Source: Bacilli bacterium (lineage in GTDB: Bacteria; Bacillota_I; Bacilli_A; RF39; UBA660). From it: a DNA stretch of 64,000 nucleotides. Under the pieces are notes generated by a model that saw only the letters and a program-made list of their open reading frames with translations, did no database searches and was not told where the DNA came from. The translations under genes and the position numbers were made by a program. The stretch spans positions 39,975 through 103,974 of the forward strand of contig JAFXTH010000023.1 in the NCBI GenBank assembly GCA_017525035.1, read 5' to 3'. This document shows positions 59,001-64,000 of this stretch, piece after piece (the first letter of the stretch is position 1; each line of letters starts with the position of its first letter).

Positions 59001-61055
59001 TAAGTACACTGTATTAGCAAGAGATATTATTTTAAATAAATTCTTTAATCCTTTTTTATTTTTTACTAAAGCATTAAAATGGAATGTTCTTCCAAATTTA
59101 TGTATTTCATCTTTTGAAATTAATCTATCTAGATCGCTAATCTTTTTGTAGTTTTGATTAGAAAGTTTCATTAGCATTTTGTGGAAAACTTTGGCAGTTC
59201 CATCAGCATCGTAGTCTGCTCTATGGTGTCCTTCTTCATCAAATTCAACATTATATCTTTGAACAAGTGCAGACAAAGAATGTCTTGCAAATCCTTGATC
59301 TAATGTTCTAGATAATTCTAATGTATCGATAACTGTATTTTTAAATTCTCCCAAGTTATATTTCTTCATAGACATTTCTATAAATGAAATATCAAATTTG
59401 GCATTATGTGCTACCATAGGAGCATCTTTTGCCCATTCTAAAAACTTTTTAGTTACAGTTTCTTCATCTTCCTTACCCTTTAGCATGTCATCTGTAATGT
59501 TAGTTAATTCAGTAATCTTTTTAGGTAAAGGTCTTTTTGGGTCAATTAATTCATCAAAGGAATCTGTTATTTCACCATTTTTTATTTTAACAGCTCCTAT
59601 TTCAATCATTTGATCTCCACCTGCAGCATTAAAACCAGTTGTTTCTGTATCGAATACAACATATTCTGTATTAATAAGATCTAAGTCTGTTGGTCTATAG
59701 ACTATATTTACCGTATCATCAACAAGAGTTAATTCTGTTCCATAAAGTGCTTTAAACTTTTTAGGATTTTCTAATTCCTTTTTAACACTTTCCAATTCCT
59801 CAGTAATTAACTTCTTTTGGTCTTCATTTTCTTCTGTAGCTAATTTTTCTTCTAGTTCTTCTTTCTTTCCCTTTAGTTTCTTTACTACTCCTTTGTTATA
59901 ATCTGTAACAAGTTGGAATACAATTGGGAAAGCTTGACATCCTGAATGATCTGTAATTGCTACAGCTTTATACCCCATGTCAATTGCATTACTTACTATT
60001 TCACACGTATGTTTATCAAGGTCTAACTTTGATACTCCGTCCATTTGACTCATCATCGTATGAGTATGTAATTCTACTCTTTTTTCTAAAGCATCATCTA
60101 CTAGTTTAGTATCTTTCTTATTTGATTTAGAAACATCATATGCAGTTAAAACTAGTTCTTTGTTGGCATATTCATCATATTTAGTATTACCTTTTAATTT
60201 AACCCATGTTCCTACTTTAGTTGCTTTAACAAGGGCATTATATTCATCATCATCTCTTACAAAAATCTTGCAGAAGATACTATCTGTGTTATCAGTAACT
60301 TTTAAAGTAAGTATCTTGAAAGCTTTGCTCTTTGGTACGAACTCTTCTGTTCCAAACACTTTTGCTTCAATTACTATGTCATTATTTTCCCCTACTATAG
60401 AACTAATCTTAGTAATTGCTTCATCTTCTTTAATGCAGTTACCAAAAATTGTATTCTCATCCACTTCTTTTTTTCTTCTTCTTGGAAATCCTCCAAATGA
60501 ATTAGGCTTTTGCACTGACTCAACAAATGGCCTACTCATTATCTCAATTGATTCATCATCGATCTTTTCATCTATTGCTACTCTTATATTGTCATCAATT
60601 ACAATTGAATCTTCAAAATTTGTCCCATAAATTGCTAAGAAACTTCTTAATTTAGATAGTTCGTTGTCTAAATCTTTCTTTTCTCTTGCATTAACTACAA
60701 CTAAATTTAGGCTGTTATCTAGAATTTCTATCTTACCTTCTAGTGCTTTTAAGTTAGGTAATTGTTCATAGCAATCTTCAAGCACTTTTTCATAATTCTT
60801 TTTAAAATATTTACTTGTATCTGTTCGATTATCAATCTTTAAATTAACAGTAGCGCCATCAAAATATTTTGAAAATAAAGTCACTAACTCATTATATAAG
60901 TCATATGGTATATCACCATCATTTGATATTTCTACATATACAGTATTCTTTAAATCATCTATCTTTGTCTTATTTATTTTTGCATTGAAAAAAAGGTTGA
61001 AATATGATTCATCCAAGTTGATTTTATTTAGTATTTTGTGCAATTTCTCGTCCAT
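56100..61055 (-). CDS. polC: DNA polymerase III PolC-type alpha subunit
   Basis: RVELHTHT PHP domain, VFDTETTG exonuclease, GSRGSVGSS, DKVPDIDLNF, KYMFPKAHA. Confidence 0.98.
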   Translation of the reverse strand: MDEKLHKILNKINLDESYFNLFFNAKINKTKIDDLKNTVYVEISNDGDIPYDLYNELVTLFSKYFDGATVNLKIDNRTDTSKYFKKNYEKVLEDCYEQLPNLKALEGKIEILDNSLNLVVVNAREKKDLDNELSKLRSFLAIYGTNFEDSIVIDDNIRVAIDEKIDDESIEIMSRPFVESVQKPNSFGGFPRRRKKEVDENTIFGNCIKEDEAITKISSIVGENNDIVIEAKVFGTEEFVPKSKAFKILTLKVTDNTDSIFCKIFVRDDDEYNALVKATKVGTWVKLKGNTKYDEYANKELVLTAYDVSKSNKKDTKLVDDALEKRVELHTHTMMSQMDGVSKLDLDKHTCEIVSNAIDMGYKAVAITDHSGCQAFPIVFQLVTDYNKGVVKKLKGKKEELEEKLATEENEDQKKLITEELESVKKELENPKKFKALYGTELTLVDDTVNIVYRPTDLDLINTEYVVFDTETTGFNAAGGDQMIEIGAVKIKNGEITDSFDELIDPKRPLPKKITELTNITDDMLKGKEDEETVTKKFLEWAKDAPMVAHNAKFDISFIEMSMKKYNLGEFKNTVIDTLELSRTLDQGFARHSLSALVQRYNVEFDEEGHHRADYDADGTAKVFHKMLMKLSNQNYKKISDLDRLISKDEIHKFGRTFHFNALVKNKKGLKNLFKIISLANTVYLYKTPRILRSKLEELREGLLIGSGCYNSEVFIEARSKEGEELTNIINFYDYVEVQPPEVYNHLIQTSDFKDNDELIEHIKKVINATKEAGKIIVATGDVHHFLREDKIYREIIINQKVPGGGRHPLAKKEITEIPSQHFRTTNEMLEDFNFLDKDLAYEIVVENTNKVADMIEEVEVIPDTNGIPFSPRVKSDDGKSYLDCPKVVTDLVFTKAKEWYGDPLPYNIEERIAKELYGDIVYNSYSDIVKKENENISDEEFNKEVFKRVHDTVSSGFDKVKKELTKYLKDNWKEEDGELSDEAVEKKLKKELGGIIGGGFDPIYLIAQRLVKHSNDDGYLVGSRGSVGSSLVASMMGISEVNPLPPHYRCTECKTSIFEDDEGNALGATYSSGFDLPDKECPKCHANMLKDGQDIPFATFLGFNADKVPDIDLNFSDLNQASAHEYTKVLFGVDNVYRAGTIGTVADKTAYGFVLGYYEDKILDIVGEIAKSMNKTIEELLDVEKKEKPLIIAKKFLLQQESIKKEVGKEIEGKFDEMVRKVKEYSSVRSAEIERQSLGCVGVKRTTGQHPGGIVVVPDYMDVSDFTPFQFPADDPESAWRTTHFSYHAIDQCLLKLDILGHSDPTQLRMIQDLTKTDVSKVPMDDKDTMSIFSSTKTLGVTTDQILNETGTLGIPEFGTPFTISMVEETKPKTFAELVKISGLSHGTDVWLGNAQELIKNKVVPFKEVIGCRDDIMVYLIYHGLPPIKAFKIMEFVRKGKASKDPETWKGHKETMQKAGIEDWFIDSCEKIKYMFPKAHAAAYVTSAFRIAWYKVHMPVYFYASWLTSKATDTDIESMMKGYNKIKDKIIEIETKGYDATNKENGQLESLKVALEATARGISFVPIDLNKSEATVWGVKDEKSIYPPFSSIDGLGDTVAKAIVEEREKRPFTSIEDLQKRAKISQTLLDKLRDMKILDGLDESDQLSLF

Positions 61056-61074
61056 ATTTTAACCTCTTTCATTT

Positions 61075-61911
61075 TTATGATTTATCTATTTCATTTAGTC
61101 TTATGATATATTTTTGATTAGCACAACAAAAGTCGATAAAACCACGCAAATCTACTTTTCTTAATCCCTTTTCAATAGGATATTTGTCTATATCAAAAGG
61201 CATTTTATCTCTCATCATATAACTAACTAGTTCTTCTCTATCAGCCCCTTGATACATTAAGAAATAAGGATATAATTGTTTCTTTAAAAGTTTTAATCGC
61301 TTGATTCCTTCATTATATTTTGAAAATCCAGATACTCGTGTATATATTTCATTTGTTACAAGTAGATCTTCGATTGCTGTTACTATTTCTTTATTCTCTT
61401 CATGAAAATCGCATAATTCATATTTAACTGTTGTAAATAGAATTCTCATGATGGCTTTAAGTCCATCTTCAGTATCTTCTTTCTTACCCCAAACAATATT
61501 TTTCTTAGGATTTTTCTTTAGGTATTCAACATTATCGAAATAAGGATGTATAACCATTATCTGATAATTATTTTCTACTTTAAACCTTAACAATTCTTTT
61601 AATGAAGATTGGATTACTTTTTGATTAGCATCCCATATTTTCATTAAAAATCTTCTATATTTATCTGTTTGTTTTTTAACCAGTTTAAACTCTTCACTAT
61701 TAATAATAAAATTATATATAGTATCGTCATCAGGAATAAAATCATTTGTATACTTTAATATCTCAACATTTTCTTTTGATAACTTCAAATATTCTTTAGA
61801 ATAATTCTTCCATAGACGTTCTTTTAGTTCTTGTATTTCCTTTGAAATTGAAGGACGGAACAATATGTTCCATGCTAGTAAGTAGTCATTTACTACGAAC
61901 TGTATATTCAT
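61075..61911 (-). CDS. Hypothetical protein
   Basis: 278-aa ORF with GGTGA RBS between dnaE and polC; no recognised motif. Confidence 0.75.
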   Translation of the reverse strand: MNIQFVVNDYLLAWNILFRPSISKEIQELKERLWKNYSKEYLKLSKENVEILKYTNDFIPDDDTIYNFIINSEEFKLVKKQTDKYRRFLMKIWDANQKVIQSSLKELLRFKVENNYQIMVIHPYFDNVEYLKKNPKKNIVWGKKEDTEDGLKAIMRILFTTVKYELCDFHEENKEIVTAIEDLLVTNEIYTRVSGFSKYNEGIKRLKLLKKQLYPYFLMYQGADREELVSYMMRDKMPFDIDKYPIEKGLRKVDLRGFIDFCCANQKYIIRLNEIDKS

Positions 61912-61955
61912 ATAATCACCACCAATATTTATAATATTAATATATCACAAAATAG

Positions 61956-64000
61956 TTATCTTTCACTAATAATTTTAGCTTTTTCAGCAATTATTTGGAT
62001 AGCATTTCTTTTCTCTACTTTTCCCTGTACTAAAAGTATATCTCCCTTAGCTAAATCTCTAATAGTATCATAGGTTTTAGAGAATACTGTATACTCTATT
62101 GAATCTATTTCATCACTACCTGTAATAAATGCCATTTCATTACCTTTTTTATCTTTGTGAATCTTTATTTTTTCGACTAGTACGATTGTATCAATTATCT
62201 TGCCTAAATACTTTTTAACATCTTTGATGTTAACAACTTTATACTTGTCTTTATATTTAGTTGTTGGATGATAACTTAAATAGAATCCAAATAATTCTTT
62301 TTCTTTAGCCATTAAAATATCACTTGATAGTTCTTCTTGTTCATTAATAGATGGATGTTCTACTAAATCAGAAGATAATCCTTTAGCAATAAACGCAAAA
62401 GTAAGCAAGTTATCTAAGTTTGTTAGTAATGTGTTTTTGTTATAACCAAACGAATCAAAACATGATGCATATATTAAAGATTCTATAGTCTTTTTATTAA
62501 TGCCAATCTCTGTAAGTTTAGTCAAACATTCAAAAATATCTTTAAATCCCTTATCTCTTATTTTAACTATTTCAAGAGCAGTATTTACTCCAATGTTTCT
62601 GATGTTGGAAAGTGGAAATAGTACACCATCTTCAACTATTTCATATTTTTCAGTGCTCTTATTTATATCTGGCAAATAGAATTTTACTCCTATTGATCTT
62701 GCTTCTCTAACAATTGAAGATGTTTTAAAATCATTTCCAATTATCATTGATAATAAGCTTAGGAAGAAATATTTTGGATAATGTACTTTTAAATATGCCA
62801 TTTTGTATGCAATTATTGAGTATGCTACTGCATGAGATTTATTAAATCCATACTCAGCAAAAGCAAGTATATCTTCATAATATTTCTTAGCTGTCTTATA
62901 ATCATAGCCATTCTTTATTGAACCTTCAATAAACTTTTCTTCTTGAACTTTTAATAAATCTTTTTTCTTTTTAGACATGGCTCTTCTTAATAAATCCGCT
63001 TCTGATAGAGTAAATCCTGCCATAACATTTGCAATTTGCATAATTTGCTCTTGATATACTAAAACCCCATATGTTGGTTCTAATATTTTTCTCAAAGCAT
63101 CATTTGGATATTCAATTTTTATCTTATTATTTTTTCTTTCAATATATGTATTTGTATCTGGTCCAGGTCTTACTAATGCATCTGCTGCTACTATGTCATT
63201 AAACTCTTCTACTTTAAGATTCTTAAGAAGATTTTTCATAACATCACTTTCAAATTGGAATATTCCATTAGTATTGACGTTATAGAATAATTTTAAAGTA
63301 TCTTTATCATCAAGGGGTATATTTAAGAAGTTAATATCAATACCTTCATGTTCTTTAATGCTTTCAATTATTTCCATAACAGTTGTTAAATTTCTATTAC
63401 CTAAAAAATCCATCTTTAAAAGACCTAATTCTTCAAGATATCCCATTTCGTAAGAACTTATGTAAGCACCATCTTGTTTTACTAAAGGTATAATTTCATC
63501 TAAGTCTTCATTTCCAATTACTATACCTGATGCATGTATCGTTGTGTTCTTTGGAAATCCTTCAAAGTATATTGATAAATCATATAATTTTCTTAGCCTA
63601 TCGTCATTATCTACAATACTTTTAAATTCTTCATTTTGTTCATAAACATCTTTTAATTTAGAATTAAAATCAATAAATCTTTTTAATCTATCTGTCTTTG
63701 TTTGATCAATTTTTAATACTCGTGCAACATCATCAAGTACAGCCTTTGCCTTTAACGTACCTATAGCAATAATCCCTGCCACACGTTTTTCACCATACTT
63801 TTTTCTTGTGTATTCTATTACTTGTTCACGATATGAGTCAGGAAAATCTATATCAATATCGGGCATAGTTACTCTACCAGGATTTAAGAAACGTTCAAAT
63901 AATAAATCATATTCAATTGGATCAACATCAATGATTCCAAGCGCATATGCGACAAGACTTCCCCCAGCACTACCTCTTCCTGGGCCTACTAAAATGCCAC
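61956..64000 (-). CDS. dnaE: DNA polymerase III alpha subunit DnaE (3' part; 5' end beyond the window)
   Basis: Frame stays open to 64000: GPGRGSAGGSLVAY...FERFLNPGRVTMPDIDIDF, GIFQFES, YGFNKSHA, C-terminal OB fold. Confidence 0.97.
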   Translation of the reverse strand, partial: GILVGPGRGSAGGSLVAYALGIIDVDPIEYDLLFERFLNPGRVTMPDIDIDFPDSYREQVIEYTRKKYGEKRVAGIIAIGTLKAKAVLDDVARVLKIDQTKTDRLKRFIDFNSKLKDVYEQNEEFKSIVDNDDRLRKLYDLSIYFEGFPKNTTIHASGIVIGNEDLDEIIPLVKQDGAYISSYEMGYLEELGLLKMDFLGNRNLTTVMEIIESIKEHEGIDINFLNIPLDDKDTLKLFYNVNTNGIFQFESDVMKNLLKNLKVEEFNDIVAADALVRPGPDTNTYIERKNNKIKIEYPNDALRKILEPTYGVLVYQEQIMQIANVMAGFTLSEADLLRRAMSKKKKDLLKVQEEKFIEGSIKNGYDYKTAKKYYEDILAFAEYGFNKSHAVAYSIIAYKMAYLKVHYPKYFFLSLLSMIIGNDFKTSSIVREARSIGVKFYLPDINKSTEKYEIVEDGVLFPLSNIRNIGVNTALEIVKIRDKGFKDIFECLTKLTEIGINKKTIESLIYASCFDSFGYNKNTLLTNLDNLLTFAFIAKGLSSDLVEHPSINEQEELSSDILMAKEKELFGFYLSYHPTTKYKDKYKVVNIKDVKKYLGKIIDTIVLVEKIKIHKDKKGNEMAFITGSDEIDSIEYTVFSKTYDTIRDLAKGDILLVQGKVEKRNAIQIIAEKAKIISER

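Noticed and set aside
56100-64000. Inteins in polC or dnaE
   Set aside because: The insertions are short and lack splice-junction residues and LAGLIDADG motifs; the visible dnaE part has no insertion.

Overview
Chromosomal window from a very AT-rich, genome-reduced Bacillota genome using genetic code 11. Gene content and style suggest an RF39/UBA660-like member of the Bacilli; this is an inference, not verified. Nearly all genes lie on the minus strand. The backbone is housekeeping: lon (partial), pyk, T-box-controlled hisS-aspS, truB, polA-mutM, topA, murF-ddl, yqeG-yqeH, murE, radC-mreC-mreD, cysteine desulfurase/thioredoxin genes, tRNA-Ile/Asn/Glu, fmt, dnaG-rpoD-trmK, polC and dnaE (partial). 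It also has a trimmed sporulation set (intact sigK, spoIVFA/spoIVFB, spoVID-ysxE). Lineage-specific genes are interspersed: three type IV pilin-like proteins, a VirB2/TrbC-like pilin, a WXG-like/lipase gene next to DUF4176, two DUF3419-like paralogs and several orphans. The most striking locus is 49.5-54.9 kb, directly upstream of dnaG-rpoD. It holds two tandem giant RpoD-like sigma factors (730 and 949 aa) that share a novel N-terminal domain and carry extra C-terminal sigma-4-like HTH repeats. The larger gene contains a perfect in-frame internal RBS+ATG. Downstream is a terminated ~300-nt non-coding tract with hairpins, three ORF-less Shine-Dalgarno-like repeats and a duplicated TTGACA box. 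No CRISPR array, integrase, transposase or rRNA was seen.
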